This document shows positions 29,553 to 40,054 of a stretch of DNA of 64,000 nucleotides, in pieces. The number at the start of each line of letters is the position of its first letter. The stretch's first letter is position 1. The notes beneath the pieces were generated by a model that saw only the letters and a list, made by a program, of their open reading frames with translations, was not told where the DNA came from and made no database searches. This DNA is from a virus: positions 96,001 through 160,000 of IMG/VR virus record IMGVR_UViG_3300035698_026482, one strand, 5' to 3'. The translations under genes and the position numbers were made by a program.

Positions 29553-31097
29553 TTATGGCATCACTCTAAATGATGGAAGGTTTTGATCAATCACAATATC
29601 TTCACCGTGTTCGCGGATTAAAAATTCAAAGCCGTACACTCGGCCGATCGATAGATCACTTGGGAAGAAATCAAAGAACATACCTCTTGAATCAGTTGAA
29701 AGGCGTGTCGAATTTGTTGTTGTGTCCCAAGGGATAACTACCTCGCCAGAATAAACATCAATAACGCGCCAATACATTTGCTCGACCATTGTACCCGTCC
29801 GTCTAACTGGCAGCTTGGAGAAAAATAGTCCATCCTCAATGCTAGAATCAAAAACTGTTACTCTGATGCGTGGCTGCTCTGCGGAAGTATATGAAACCTG
29901 CATGTTACCTACGCCTACTGAATAGCTTCGTGCCCCCGCAATGTATGAATTGGCGTTCGACGTTAGTACACTTAAGCTTCCTGTTTTAAACGCGATGGTG
30001 CCGTCATTTGACCCCCAGACAGTTGTAAATGATGCGGATTGCGCTGCTTGAACCTCACGAATTAATGCTGAATCATATGATGATAGCGCAAAATTGGCAA
30101 CGTAGACTCCTGTTACAAAATTCCCGCCGTAGCTAAACTGATCAACACTGTATGATGAAGTAAAGGATGAGGAAGCAGGCGGGGCTATTGCGCCACTTAT
30201 AAGCTTTAGCGTCATTGCCGATGTACCAATAAGGGGTGATGCGGCGGCGCCTGATACAAAATTCGCAGGTTGCCCACGAACTGAATTGAAGATGAACAGC
30301 GATCCTGATGTATCAAACACGAAATTCGAATGATTGTCGTGGTATGACTCGTCGTAACGTACGATCAATTTTGGCGCAAGGCGAGGATTCGACACGTGTC
30401 GAGAGGCAAACCTCTTGACAAAAAGCGAACTAGATGTGTTTTCAACAGTATTTGTGAAAGAAATGCGATACCCCTCATCAGGAATAATTCCTGCAAGTGT
30501 CGCAGATACAATGTTGGTTACGTCAACTTCTAGATCCTCTTCGCCTGTCGCAAAATTCTGCGTCTTAAGCAAACTAACGACGCCTCCGCCATCAAGAAGA
30601 TTGCCTGTATCGATAATATCAATATTGCTGGCGCCTAAAGTGCCAGATGCATTGGCGCCAGGCAGATTCCAGACAATTTGTCCATTAGAGACTGAAGAGG
30701 TTATCCAGTTACATGCATCTAGATCGGAATATATTCCCACATCACGACCTACGCCTTCGTCAAAGCTCATCGACAGTGGGTATATCGCTGTCGTAAAATT
30801 CGATGGAACAGGTTGACCGCCGACTAAATCACGAAGGCGAATATGTGCCGTGAATGATGGATCGCTTATATCAAGAATTGAGCCTGTTAATGCCCTAAGC
30901 TGATTTAAATCAAAGTGAACTAAAATTCTTGAGTATTCAAATGGTTGGGTTTCACTAGAAATTTTGCTTTCATCCCACAGTTTAAATAAGTCAAGCGTAG
31001 CAGCATAACCTGTATTCGCATCTGTCGCACGATAGGAATTGTTGATAATCCTATTTGTCACATATGCATCTTTTGTGCATTTTAATAAACGATACAT
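29553..31097 (-). CDS. Putative virion protein with DNRLRE/CBM-like N-terminal domain
   Basis: KDAYVTNR...NTG...LDLFK...YSRILVHFDL pattern; directly downstream of the baseplate gene. Confidence 0.45.
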   Translation of the reverse strand: MYRLLKCTKDAYVTNRIINNSYRATDANTGYAATLDLFKLWDESKISSETQPFEYSRILVHFDLNQLRALTGSILDISDPSFTAHIRLRDLVGGQPVPSNFTTAIYPLSMSFDEGVGRDVGIYSDLDACNWITSSVSNGQIVWNLPGANASGTLGASNIDIIDTGNLLDGGGVVSLLKTQNFATGEEDLEVDVTNIVSATLAGIIPDEGYRISFTNTVENTSSSLFVKRFASRHVSNPRLAPKLIVRYDESYHDNHSNFVFDTSGSLFIFNSVRGQPANFVSGAAASPLIGTSAMTLKLISGAIAPPASSSFTSSYSVDQFSYGGNFVTGVYVANFALSSYDSALIREVQAAQSASFTTVWGSNDGTIAFKTGSLSVLTSNANSYIAGARSYSVGVGNMQVSYTSAEQPRIRVTVFDSSIEDGLFFSKLPVRRTGTMVEQMYWRVIDVYSGEVVIPWDTTTNSTRLSTDSRGMFFDFFPSDLSIGRVYGFEFLIREHGEDIVIDQNLPSFRVMP

Positions 31098-32941
31098 TAG
31101 ACTGCACTTCCGATTATGTCGATGTTTGGAAAGCGTACTTCAAAAATTCCGCCAGGGGCAGGAAAAATATGGTCTTTCAGTGTATTACTTTGGACGTCAT
31201 ACTGAACACCGCTATAAACATTTCCGTTTACTGTACCGGTTAGATTTCTAATCTTTAGTCCAGTTACAGAAATTACACCCGCATTATTGTAAACAAGGTT
31301 GCGAACGTCTGATAGCGAAATTGGCTGATCAATTTGTCTTTCACGAATATCCAAAAATTTTCTTATGCGTTGATTTATCGTTTGAATGACAAGCGGCCTA
31401 TTTGCCGTCGGTGAAACGGCGACTTGATATTCTACACGAATATTGATAACAGGTGAATCAAGCACATCGACAGCATCAGAGATCATACGAAATGGATTTA
31501 AGTACTGTCGTAGATTTAACTTGAGACTGTCTGGTGCATGCGTCAAGCGACCCTGCGCATCCCGGCTAATAACATGTAGCTGTGTTGCAAGTGGGTTGTT
31601 TGGGTTTGATCTTACGCCGGCTCTAAATACACGACCGAAACTAGATGGCAGGGTGTATACACGTGCTAATAAGTCAGGTGCTGTAACGATTCTTGATTGT
31701 GCGTTTCTAAACGCGGGTATTCTTGACCGAAGCTCATTGATGGTTGGGGCAGAGTCACCACCAAGTGCGCCCTTGTTGTTAGTAGTACCGATTGATGATC
31801 TTACACGGGCTGCCTCCGCGGCAGTTGGTCCACTTGGGAACCGCATCCTGAGATCTGTGGGGGTTCTTAACGTGCCGGCAGGTGCATTATGTGAAAGTCC
31901 GCCACCGTATCTATAATATATTGATAATGTCGTGTTGACAGGCGCCACACCTAGCGTTTGCGTTCGTAGTAGGCTTGATGGATCAAGCGAAAACCTAGGA
32001 AACGTACGTTTACCAAATAAGGGTAACGCTAACTCACTTGGATCGGGAATATTATCGGTGTCGTACGAATTCGCTTCGCCTGCGCCGAATCGCAATGACG
32101 TTATTCGACCGTCTAATGTTGTCTCTGTTGTAAAGCGAAATGGCGCAGCTATCAACTCAAGATTATCTGGTACTTCGTCTCGGTCTGAGGCCAAATTGGT
32201 GACCCGTCGAAATACTGTGTCCTGTGTTAATGATGTGACTTCATAATAACTGTTGCCTTCAGCGTCTTTGCACGAAATAATCCCAGTCACGTTTTCATTG
32301 CCTAGAGTAATCGTCCTAAACGCCTTAAACGTTGACGGTATTGTGACTGTCTCGGTAGCTCTAAATCCTGATACGGCTGGTCCCTCAAGCGATATAATAA
32401 AGCGTGTAGGAATACCGTCAGCGGATGCAGATGAGACAACGATTTTTGCGTTTAATTCACCGATCGCATTGCGCTTAGTGAAATCAACGTCTTCAGTTAA
32501 TTCAAAACGTACACCATTGTTGGCTTCAATAATCGTGCCGGCCAAAACTATAGGCAACTGCGCAGCTTTTGGTTCATATATCGACCCATTTCGCTGTGCA
32601 TCCACTTCAAATGCGAATAAAATGTCAACAGCTGCCGGTGAGGCGCCTGTAATTTCGACGCCAGCAGCTTTAAGATGGCGCTCAATATTCGCTGTTTCAA
32701 CTGCAGAGTCTGCATCAAGTTCACCGAATTGGTGATCGAGATAATACGACATGTTATCGCCGACATATGATGCAATCTCGATGAACATGCCGCCCAGACC
32801 AGTTTCTGACAAGTCATTGATACGCTCTGGCGAGAAAAATGTGTGAGCATACTGCGTTAACGCAATTCTAAACCCCTCAAAATCCTTCACTAAAAAGCGA
32901 CGAGGCCTGTTATAGCGTATTTGGTTTTTTGTATCTGCCAT
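31097..32941 (-). CDS. Baseplate wedge subunit (T4 gp6 / baseplate J-like)
   Basis: KDFEGFRIAL...FIEIASYVGDNMSYYLDHQFGE...LRFGAG...YRYGGGLSHN...ALGGDSAPTINELR...RIVTAPD, the canonical gp6/J layout. Confidence 0.8.
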   Translation of the reverse strand: MADTKNQIRYNRPRRFLVKDFEGFRIALTQYAHTFFSPERINDLSETGLGGMFIEIASYVGDNMSYYLDHQFGELDADSAVETANIERHLKAAGVEITGASPAAVDILFAFEVDAQRNGSIYEPKAAQLPIVLAGTIIEANNGVRFELTEDVDFTKRNAIGELNAKIVVSSASADGIPTRFIISLEGPAVSGFRATETVTIPSTFKAFRTITLGNENVTGIISCKDAEGNSYYEVTSLTQDTVFRRVTNLASDRDEVPDNLELIAAPFRFTTETTLDGRITSLRFGAGEANSYDTDNIPDPSELALPLFGKRTFPRFSLDPSSLLRTQTLGVAPVNTTLSIYYRYGGGLSHNAPAGTLRTPTDLRMRFPSGPTAAEAARVRSSIGTTNNKGALGGDSAPTINELRSRIPAFRNAQSRIVTAPDLLARVYTLPSSFGRVFRAGVRSNPNNPLATQLHVISRDAQGRLTHAPDSLKLNLRQYLNPFRMISDAVDVLDSPVINIRVEYQVAVSPTANRPLVIQTINQRIRKFLDIRERQIDQPISLSDVRNLVYNNAGVISVTGLKIRNLTGTVNGNVYSGVQYDVQSNTLKDHIFPAPGGIFEVRFPNIDIIGSAV

Positions 32942-33418
32942 TTAGCCTCCTAAGAAGAAATTCAATTCCAGAGATTGACCAATAATATTTCGTGATGGAA
33001 CATTATATTTGATCAAAATGTTGACGCGACCTACGCTGTCTTCATCATGTTGAATAATTTTAGATTCGAAACTGTCCAAGATGATAAAAGGCATATACTT
33101 GTCGGTAGTTCTTTTTACACGAAGCATCGCCTCAGAATCAAAATCGTCAGGCGAGGCACGCTCAAGCGCCAGACGTTGTAGATCGGCGCCAATATCAACC
33201 TGTATTACACGGTCACCCCTATTTGTCAGCAAAAGATTTCTAAAATTATCTTTGATCTGGTCGGTGATATTTTTATGCATTTTAAAAATGCCGTCAGCGT
33301 CGTTCCCTGCGCGTAGCGGAGTCATAATACCAATTGGTACAACAACAGCATCATTTTTGATCCGTTGATTATGCGTTTCGGTTTTTTCGCCGACACTTTT
33401 GAATGAAATAGAAGCCAT
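32942..33418 (-). CDS. Baseplate wedge subunit, gp25/GPW-like
   Basis: QIKDNFRNLLLTNRGDRV...IGADL, the gp25-family motif; adjacent to the gp6-like gene. Confidence 0.8.
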   Translation of the reverse strand: MASISFKSVGEKTETHNQRIKNDAVVVPIGIMTPLRAGNDADGIFKMHKNITDQIKDNFRNLLLTNRGDRVIQVDIGADLQRLALERASPDDFDSEAMLRVKRTTDKYMPFIILDSFESKIIQHDEDSVGRVNILIKYNVPSRNIIGQSLELNFFLGG

Positions 33419-33428
33419 TGGACAACGC

Positions 33429-33435
33429 TAAATAT
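33429..33435 (-). promoter_or_regulatory. ATATTTA motif, putative phage promoter
   Basis: 10 nt upstream of ATG 33418. Confidence 0.45.
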
Positions 33436-33454
33436 CTTGCCTTTGCAAGCCTGA

Positions 33455-34417
33455 TCAAACTAGTCCAATAGTTGTGGCAACTAACTTCACTAGCAACCCT
33501 TGTCCGAAAATCATGCCGACCAATAGGACGATAAGCATCAAGACAAGTTTTTCAACATAGACAAGAAATCCTGCCAAAAATGTTAACACATTTTTTAATT
33601 CGATGCCCAAACAAGCACCGATAACCTCGAGCGCGATCATGGCAACAAATAAGATGATACCTGCAGGACCCTTGTCTAACGCGCCGATGAAGCCACCAAT
33701 ATCTAGCAACAATTTTGCAATTATGATAGGCACGGACTTAATAACGGCGCAAAGCAAAAAACCCAAAATGGGAAGTGGCAGTGTAATATTAAATGATAAT
33801 GGAGGTATAGCCGGCGAAAACAGAAATGACGGCATTGACGGCAAATCAAACGGCAAATCAATACCTGATATCGCAGGTAATCCTATGGCAGGTAACGTTG
33901 GTGGTGGTAAAAATGGAATAGACGGAATAGGAATGTTCGGCGGTAATAATCCTGCGGGAAAATTTGCAGTAAATTCAAGCAAAAATTCTGGCGAAATATC
34001 GAATAAATCAGGAAGGCTTGCAGGTAGTAATGGAAGCTTAATTAAGAAATCAGGAATACCAATTCCTGCACGTAGCTTCAAGTTTGGAAAAGCAATTGTT
34101 GGGTCGCCAAAAGGTGCCAGTTGACCTCCACCACAGTTAACGTCCATCGCAACTGCAGTTTTTTCAAACATCGTATCAATGAAAATCTGGTGCCATACAG
34201 GAAATGTTTGGGCATGTTTCTCAATTGGCTTAATGTTGAAGCTTTGCGCCAGAAACGCATTGCCAGGTACTACTACGGGCTCAGGTAAGCCGCCGAATAA
34301 AAAATCGGCTGTACCATTTGCAAGCAATACATTTGTTAAATCAACAAACGATTGTCGGGCGTCATTACTGACGAGGCCGCCTTGCAGCAAGCCTACGTGG
34401 GTCATGACGCCGGACAT
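33455..34417 (-). CDS. Proline-rich protein with hydrophobic multi-helix C-terminus
   Basis: ~100-aa Pro-rich linker followed by ~100 aa of nearly uncharged helices. Confidence 0.65.
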   Translation of the reverse strand: MSGVMTHVGLLQGGLVSNDARQSFVDLTNVLLANGTADFLFGGLPEPVVVPGNAFLAQSFNIKPIEKHAQTFPVWHQIFIDTMFEKTAVAMDVNCGGGQLAPFGDPTIAFPNLKLRAGIGIPDFLIKLPLLPASLPDLFDISPEFLLEFTANFPAGLLPPNIPIPSIPFLPPPTLPAIGLPAISGIDLPFDLPSMPSFLFSPAIPPLSFNITLPLPILGFLLCAVIKSVPIIIAKLLLDIGGFIGALDKGPAGIILFVAMIALEVIGACLGIELKNVLTFLAGFLVYVEKLVLMLIVLLVGMIFGQGLLVKLVATTIGLV

Positions 34418-35755
34418 TTATTTACCCTTCAACAACACCTTGGATGAAAAACTACCGTGCGGATCGCCAGCGGGCGTACCTGTGACACCACCCATTGTGC
34501 TGAGAATCGGTTGGCCTTGTACTTGACCTGCTGCGCCAGCGCCTGTATTACATAATGCGGCCAGGTTTGCAGACTTACCTCCAAGGTAGACAAGGCCCTG
34601 TGCTCCCGGTATTAAAATGATATCACCGTTTGCCTTCAACACGATTGCCGCACCACTGCCATCGCCATTGTCTGCTTGAATTTTTATGTCGTCCCTACCA
34701 ATCAAGCGCAATTGATCGGTCTTTATTGCTATAGCGGCCTTGTCACCATCTGATTTTTCGCCGCCGTCGGAGATGTCAATGTCGAAATTTTCATCAACAC
34801 TTGTTTTCATTGCAACATAGATACGTGATGCATCATTCTCGAAATCAGGATTGCCCTCGCCGACGACGTCGTCTGTTTTTCTAAGACCTGGTGTCTTATC
34901 AACCTCATCCTTATCTCTAGTGTTTGTAATTTTGTTGGGAGCTGTTAACTCGTCTAGACCACGACCTGCTACAATATCAATTGCACCACGGCCAACATCT
35001 GCTTCATCTTCACTTGTGACAGAAGAAACACGATCTGTGCCTAGCGAGATTAATGTATTGTTTGACCCCTGTAATAATTGATCGCCTGGCCGCTTATCAT
35101 ATCTGGGTACTGCCTCCATTGGCGCCTGTTTTGCAGCAAGCGAATCTTCATATATCTTATCGTACGCGTCCTCAGAATCACCAATCGTTAAACTATCATC
35201 ACTTGGTGCACCATTAGGAAATCCAGGCTTATCATCGGGCGCGGGTCCTGCTAATTTTTCGACTGCATCTTGTTCATTGCTTGTAAGCGCATGCTTACGA
35301 TCGTCATGTGTATAATTGACGTCATCAACTGTAATCGGGGCTGGAGCCCTGCATAACCAAAATGGCGTATCTGCGCCACCAGCTGAAGGATCCTCAAATA
35401 ATGTTAAGACTGTCTCGCCCGGTTTAACAGGGAGGCTAATGTATGGATCCAACAGTGGATAATAAATCCTGGCCAATCCCGTTCGCGAGCCGTCTCCAGT
35501 GATTTGCTGAGCCATTATACAGTTCCTCTTTATATGGGGAACCATCTGCGTATTTTCAACCTTGTCAGAGATTTTCTGACGGACTTCTGAGGTTAATAAC
35601 GTGAGATCATAAAATACGTCGAGCACGACGGCTCGACGAATAAATGGCATTGGTGATGAAGATAATGCATTAATGTCATCCTGTTGCTCAACAGGTAATT
35701 GCGTTCCTGCAGATGCGGCTCTATGACCTGCCCTACCTGAGCCTCTACCTGTCAT
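34418..35755 (-). CDS. Baseplate hub/central spike, gp5-like
   Basis: OB-fold-like N-terminus (SLPVKPGETVLTLF...FWLCR), PGDQLLQGSNNTLISLG and beta-helix-like C-terminal repeats; position next to gp25/gp6 homologues. Confidence 0.65.
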   Translation of the reverse strand: MTGRGSGRAGHRAASAGTQLPVEQQDDINALSSSPMPFIRRAVVLDVFYDLTLLTSEVRQKISDKVENTQMVPHIKRNCIMAQQITGDGSRTGLARIYYPLLDPYISLPVKPGETVLTLFEDPSAGGADTPFWLCRAPAPITVDDVNYTHDDRKHALTSNEQDAVEKLAGPAPDDKPGFPNGAPSDDSLTIGDSEDAYDKIYEDSLAAKQAPMEAVPRYDKRPGDQLLQGSNNTLISLGTDRVSSVTSEDEADVGRGAIDIVAGRGLDELTAPNKITNTRDKDEVDKTPGLRKTDDVVGEGNPDFENDASRIYVAMKTSVDENFDIDISDGGEKSDGDKAAIAIKTDQLRLIGRDDIKIQADNGDGSGAAIVLKANGDIILIPGAQGLVYLGGKSANLAALCNTGAGAAGQVQGQPILSTMGGVTGTPAGDPHGSFSSKVLLKGK

Positions 35756-36123
35756 TCTTCATTATCCATAAAATGATCAAGAAGATCATCAGGGTTAATA
35801 GCGCCTTCTGACTTTTTATACGCCATAATCTGTTCAGTCAATTTAAGAAGTTGATCATTGCTTTTGGCCATTTTTTCAAGATACTTTGTTACAAGCGGAC
35901 CATAAAGCATATGACCCTGCGGATTGCCCTTCATTTCGCGAAAGATATCCGTATAAAGAATCGATACACGCTCGCGATCTTCAACTGCATTCGTATAAAT
36001 TTCTATCCATAATGACTTCGTACGATCGTCAATATCCGTCGCAACCAACAATAGCTCATCGAAATCCGGGAGCTTTTCTTTTTGGTCTTGAATTGCATCT
36101 TGTACTAATTGTTTTTTTGACAT
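35752..36123 (-). CDS. Hypothetical helical protein
   Basis: 123-aa ORF overlapping the next start (ATGA). Confidence 0.6.
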   Translation of the reverse strand: MSKKQLVQDAIQDQKEKLPDFDELLLVATDIDDRTKSLWIEIYTNAVEDRERVSILYTDIFREMKGNPQGHMLYGPLVTKYLEKMAKSNDQLLKLTEQIMAYKKSEGAINPDDLLDHFMDNEE

Positions 36124-36150
36124 TGCGTCTCATGCAGTACGTAGGCGATT

Positions 36151-36957
36151 CTAGAAAATACCAAACTCGTCGCCCATTTTAAGAGAATTATAATGACGCT
36201 TTATCACTGATATCGCCATTGTGAGTTGCTTAGCTGATAGTCCACTCATCTCCCTGATATACGTGAATACCGCCCGCTTGTTTAACATCGGCAAATCTTC
36301 CCGCTTTTCGAATAACGTAACAATTGAATCAATACAACGAATTTCATTTTCGTTTGTTAGTAGACTACGAATTTCATTAAGCATCAACATTAGCTGTCCG
36401 AGCTTTTCTAGCCCAATTACTTCATCATCCTGTGATGGAACAGTCAGATCTAGATGGGCAGCGACACCATACTTTTTTTCGATTTTATCATATTCCTGTC
36501 TGCCAAAATGATCGACTGCATCTAGACTGACCATACGCTGTGAGTTAATGACCCTCTTTCTGGAGCGAACGATAAGCCATCTTTTCGCAACGACATTGAA
36601 ATATGAAAAAGCCTTAGTGCCTCTAGATCCATCGAATTTATGCAACGATTCGTAAAGGAATACAATGCAATCACTTTTTAGTTCTTCATGCGTGGTGTAT
36701 AACCCCTTAAATTTGTAGATGCAAATTAGATTCTCAACTAATTGATCGAATGCTGGATAGATGTTTTTAACGTATAGCTGTTCACGCTCTGCAGAATCGT
36801 CTGAGCTTTGAAATAGTTCAATATTTCGTTGCGTTTCGGCATCAAAGTAATATCGTTTTACGTTCGCGCTACGTTTTACGCGACGCTTACGTTTAGCTCG
36901 CTTTTTAATAACTGGTTTTACTTTAACGGGTATCGTTTTTTCAGAGCTCTTAGCCAT
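36151..36957 (-). CDS. Phage RNA-polymerase sigma-like factor
   Basis: Region-2-like ELKSDCIVFLYESLHKFDGSRGTKAFSYFNVVAKRW; HTH-like C-terminal YIREMSGLSAKQL. Confidence 0.65.
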   Translation of the reverse strand: MAKSSEKTIPVKVKPVIKKRAKRKRRVKRSANVKRYYFDAETQRNIELFQSSDDSAEREQLYVKNIYPAFDQLVENLICIYKFKGLYTTHEELKSDCIVFLYESLHKFDGSRGTKAFSYFNVVAKRWLIVRSRKRVINSQRMVSLDAVDHFGRQEYDKIEKKYGVAAHLDLTVPSQDDEVIGLEKLGQLMLMLNEIRSLLTNENEIRCIDSIVTLFEKREDLPMLNKRAVFTYIREMSGLSAKQLTMAISVIKRHYNSLKMGDEFGIF

Positions 36958-37534
36958 TCGTCTTTCCTAGTTCTCGGCGACGTTGTTGGTGGCGCGCAAT
37001 TGCTGCGGCGGCCTTTGCAGCGTTAGGACTGCGACTAGGCATGTGATGGTCCTGCATATCCCTTGTCTGTGATTGTTGTTCTCGTTGCGGCGTCATTATT
37101 TCAATTTCGCCATTGCGAGCTTTTCTCATGAGTTCAGCCTTTGTTTCCTTATCTAATTCCGCAGTTGATTTAGGATTATGCGGATCTACATCTGAAACAT
37201 TCTTGATTTCCCTAATATTCGCACGATCTTCGTTTTCTTCAACTTCAATTTCTTCAAAGATTTCAATAACCTCAACGACAGCGCGACGTGCATCCTGGAC
37301 TGCCTTAACTACCATTCTTACCTCAGGACTATCAAAAAAGACGGGCTTATTTGCAATCATTGCTATCTGATCGTGACAAGCGTCGAGGGCGCGTAATGAC
37401 ATGTCAACTCTATCTTCCAGCTCCACTTCAAAATCCATTCGCTGCGTAATCAATCTAGTGATCACGTGAGCAGCAAACCATGTCACGCCTATAAGCGCTA
37501 GTCCTAATAAGCATGTCGTGATAATCCATCCCAT
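36950..37534 (-). CDS. Membrane-anchored coiled-coil protein
   Basis: N-terminal hydrophobic helix (WIITTCLLGLALIGVTWFAAHV) followed by a charged helical region. Confidence 0.55.
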   Translation of the reverse strand: MGWIITTCLLGLALIGVTWFAAHVITRLITQRMDFEVELEDRVDMSLRALDACHDQIAMIANKPVFFDSPEVRMVVKAVQDARRAVVEVIEIFEEIEVEENEDRANIREIKNVSDVDPHNPKSTAELDKETKAELMRKARNGEIEIMTPQREQQSQTRDMQDHHMPSRSPNAAKAAAAIARHQQRRRELGKTNG

Positions 37535-37537
37535 AAC

Positions 37538-38770
37538 TTATCCTCTTAACATCGGCGAAAGAAGTGAATCGTACATTTTACCAATAGCTGCGTAACAATA
37601 CTTTTTTCTAATAGTGTCACCAAGTTCTTGTGCCCATTGCTTAGGAATATCAGGAGATTTTCTGAATTTTTTCAAAGCCTGTTTGACGTTTGAATCAACA
37701 GGATTTGCCCAACGTGTACCTTCCATCCAAATACATCTATCAGACTCTTCTTGCGGGCGCCTATCAACGCGTTGTTGCGGAATTGGGTCCAGCGTGTACC
37801 CAATTTTTATGAATTTTCCTTCGTTCATAAAATCAAGATGTCCCGACCAGTCGGTGGCGATTACAGGTAAGTCAGATGCTGCCGCCTCAAGGATTGGTAA
37901 TCCATATCCTTCACCGCGAGTAAGCGTGACGTATGCCTTAATAGACGGTTCACGATATAATGCCGCAATTTCCTCATCTTCCATTTCACCATGAAGAAAA
38001 TATACCTTAGGAAATTGTCCCTTTCTGACTTGACTTAATACACTTACTAGCTTGGCGTTCGTGTCTCTCCGATCAATTAACGTTCCGCGTCCAGAATTTG
38101 TTTTTATGATGATGCCAACGTCTTCATCATTTTGATGAGTTTCACATAGGTGCTTAAGCGTATTGTAAATGTTCTTACGATCAGTAAGTGAATCGTTTGC
38201 AGTAAGCTGACCAACCATAAGATAGTTGAATGAGGTGTCTAGACCAAAATCAACATCTTTTTGCTTTTCAGTAATGGCATCAATGAATGATTCAGGAATA
38301 ACATGAATAGGAGTTGTCAATTCACCCGAATTTTTTAAAGTTTTTGCCGTGTGATTCGACGGCACAATAACCAAATCCATCTTATTGCAATGATCAATCC
38401 ATAGCGGGTTACAACGATCGGTTTCAACCGCGGCGGTCATTCCTACATTTACGTTAGCAAGCTCGGGTTGCCATTCATTGGGTAGCACAAGTTGGATAGA
38501 CACATCACACTTTTGAAATTTGCCGTCCGGACCTGTGGGCATTCTTGCATATTTCATAATTTCGCCAGCGAGCCCATCGTACATCGTCGGAACAAGGGCA
38601 AATGGAGTATTACCCCATCTAACCAGACTAATATATAAATCGATCTCTTGTTGCTCAGCAAGACCGATAAGATATTTTGCGACCTGACGTGAATGAACAC
38701 CGTATCCAGAACTTGTTAGCGCTGGTGCTTTGAAAATAACTCTTTTTTTCATAGTGCCTTTATTTCCCAC
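37538..38770 (-). CDS. Glycosyltransferase, GT-B/GT4-like
   Basis: SSGYG N-terminal loop; TRGEGYGLPILEAAASDLPVIATDWSG donor-binding motif. Confidence 0.88.
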   Translation of the reverse strand: MGNKGTMKKRVIFKAPALTSSGYGVHSRQVAKYLIGLAEQQEIDLYISLVRWGNTPFALVPTMYDGLAGEIMKYARMPTGPDGKFQKCDVSIQLVLPNEWQPELANVNVGMTAAVETDRCNPLWIDHCNKMDLVIVPSNHTAKTLKNSGELTTPIHVIPESFIDAITEKQKDVDFGLDTSFNYLMVGQLTANDSLTDRKNIYNTLKHLCETHQNDEDVGIIIKTNSGRGTLIDRRDTNAKLVSVLSQVRKGQFPKVYFLHGEMEDEEIAALYREPSIKAYVTLTRGEGYGLPILEAAASDLPVIATDWSGHLDFMNEGKFIKIGYTLDPIPQQRVDRRPQEESDRCIWMEGTRWANPVDSNVKQALKKFRKSPDIPKQWAQELGDTIRKKYCYAAIGKMYDSLLSPMLRG

Positions 38771-40017
38771 TGTTTGAATGACGTCTTACGATTACTTTTC
38801 CAATTTTTGATTGTTTCGTGCATCGTTTTATCCCAGGCGTCTACTGTATCTTGAATGACAAATTCTGATAGCACGTATTGCCTTGCCTTTTCACCAATTT
38901 CGCTGCGTTTTTCATGGCCCATGTCATACATTTTCATAAATGCATCAGCAACGGTATCTGGCGAAACATGATCTTCATAGATATATGGAACAGGTTGACC
39001 ACCTACAAGATCCCTAACTTCAGGATCTAACGCAATACCATTTTGCGATCCGTCTCTATGATCGATGACCTGGCGGGTCAACCCACCTGTTTTCTGGGCG
39101 ATAATAGGCAAACCGCACTGCATAGCCTCAAGGGTTGATAGGCCAAAGCCTTCATGACAGCTTATGTTAACACAACAATCTGAAATGTTATAAAGGATTG
39201 CCATTTCATCAAAGTTGATGCGCCCAGTTGAGTATACAACATTGTCTCTCACTCCAAAGTGATCTGCTATCACCGGTAAATTTTGACCCTCTTGATCACC
39301 GGGATTAGTGTGTAGCAACAGCGTAGCATCGCGCTTTCCTGTTTTCGCTTCTAGCGCATCTACAAACTTGCTCCAAGCCAGCAATACATTGCCAGGCATC
39401 TTCCTACGCGCATTCCTATTGACCCAAATACAAGTAAAGTGATCTAAGCGTTCCTTGCCTAGGATGCGCTCCTTATGCGTAAGTGATTCAGCGACAGGTA
39501 ATTTTCTAAAGATACTCTTGGGTAATGCGTGCGGTATAAAATTTGTTTTATCAGGAAAGTGTTCACTAACGAGTTCATATGTCAAATGTGAATGACAGTT
39601 AATGAGGTCAGTTGACTCATATAACACCTCGTTAAACTTTGGGTACGGATCGTTGTCCCAAACATGCCAATAAACAATTGGACAAATCTGGTGAATTTCT
39701 TCTTCCATTTGCCAAACCCAGGTGAAAAAGCGGGGATCTGTGAATAGAAAAATCGCATCGGGCTTTTCTTTCAGTAACATCTCACGCAATAGATCTGGGG
39801 TACCAAATCCGTCAACTGGTTTAACGATGAAGTCTGCGTTGACTGTTTGTAGGCTGTAGTCAACATGTCTAATTGCACCGCCAAGTACGCGAAACGTCCA
39901 ACGATTTTTCTTAATAAGCCCTTCAATTAAGTGTTTCGCCTGACATCCCACGCCACTAGTATTTAGCGGATTGTCCGCGAGCATTAGTATTTTGTATTTC
40001 TTCATAATTTTACCCAA
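38749..40017 (-). CDS. Glycosyltransferase, GT-B/GT4-like
   Basis: NRNARRK; SCHEGFGLSTLEAMQCGLPII motif. Confidence 0.88.
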   Translation of the reverse strand: MGKIMKKYKILMLADNPLNTSGVGCQAKHLIEGLIKKNRWTFRVLGGAIRHVDYSLQTVNADFIVKPVDGFGTPDLLREMLLKEKPDAIFLFTDPRFFTWVWQMEEEIHQICPIVYWHVWDNDPYPKFNEVLYESTDLINCHSHLTYELVSEHFPDKTNFIPHALPKSIFRKLPVAESLTHKERILGKERLDHFTCIWVNRNARRKMPGNVLLAWSKFVDALEAKTGKRDATLLLHTNPGDQEGQNLPVIADHFGVRDNVVYSTGRINFDEMAILYNISDCCVNISCHEGFGLSTLEAMQCGLPIIAQKTGGLTRQVIDHRDGSQNGIALDPEVRDLVGGQPVPYIYEDHVSPDTVADAFMKMYDMGHEKRSEIGEKARQYVLSEFVIQDTVDAWDKTMHETIKNWKSNRKTSFKQWEIKAL

Positions 40018-40020
40018 AGC

Positions 40021-40054
40021 AAAAAAAATGCCGTAGGGGAAAGCCCCTACGACA
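40021..40054 (-). terminator. Rho-independent terminator
   Basis: Minus-strand 11-bp stem UGUCGUAGGGG/CCCCUACGGCA (one G-U pair) with a 4-nt loop, followed immediately by U8. Confidence 0.8.

Noticed and set aside
31097-35755. Bacterial T6SS/eCIS locus instead of phage tail
   Set aside because: Context includes phage-type primase, resolvase, sigma-like factor and homing endonucleases, and no T6SS membrane-complex or eCIS ATPase genes were recognised.
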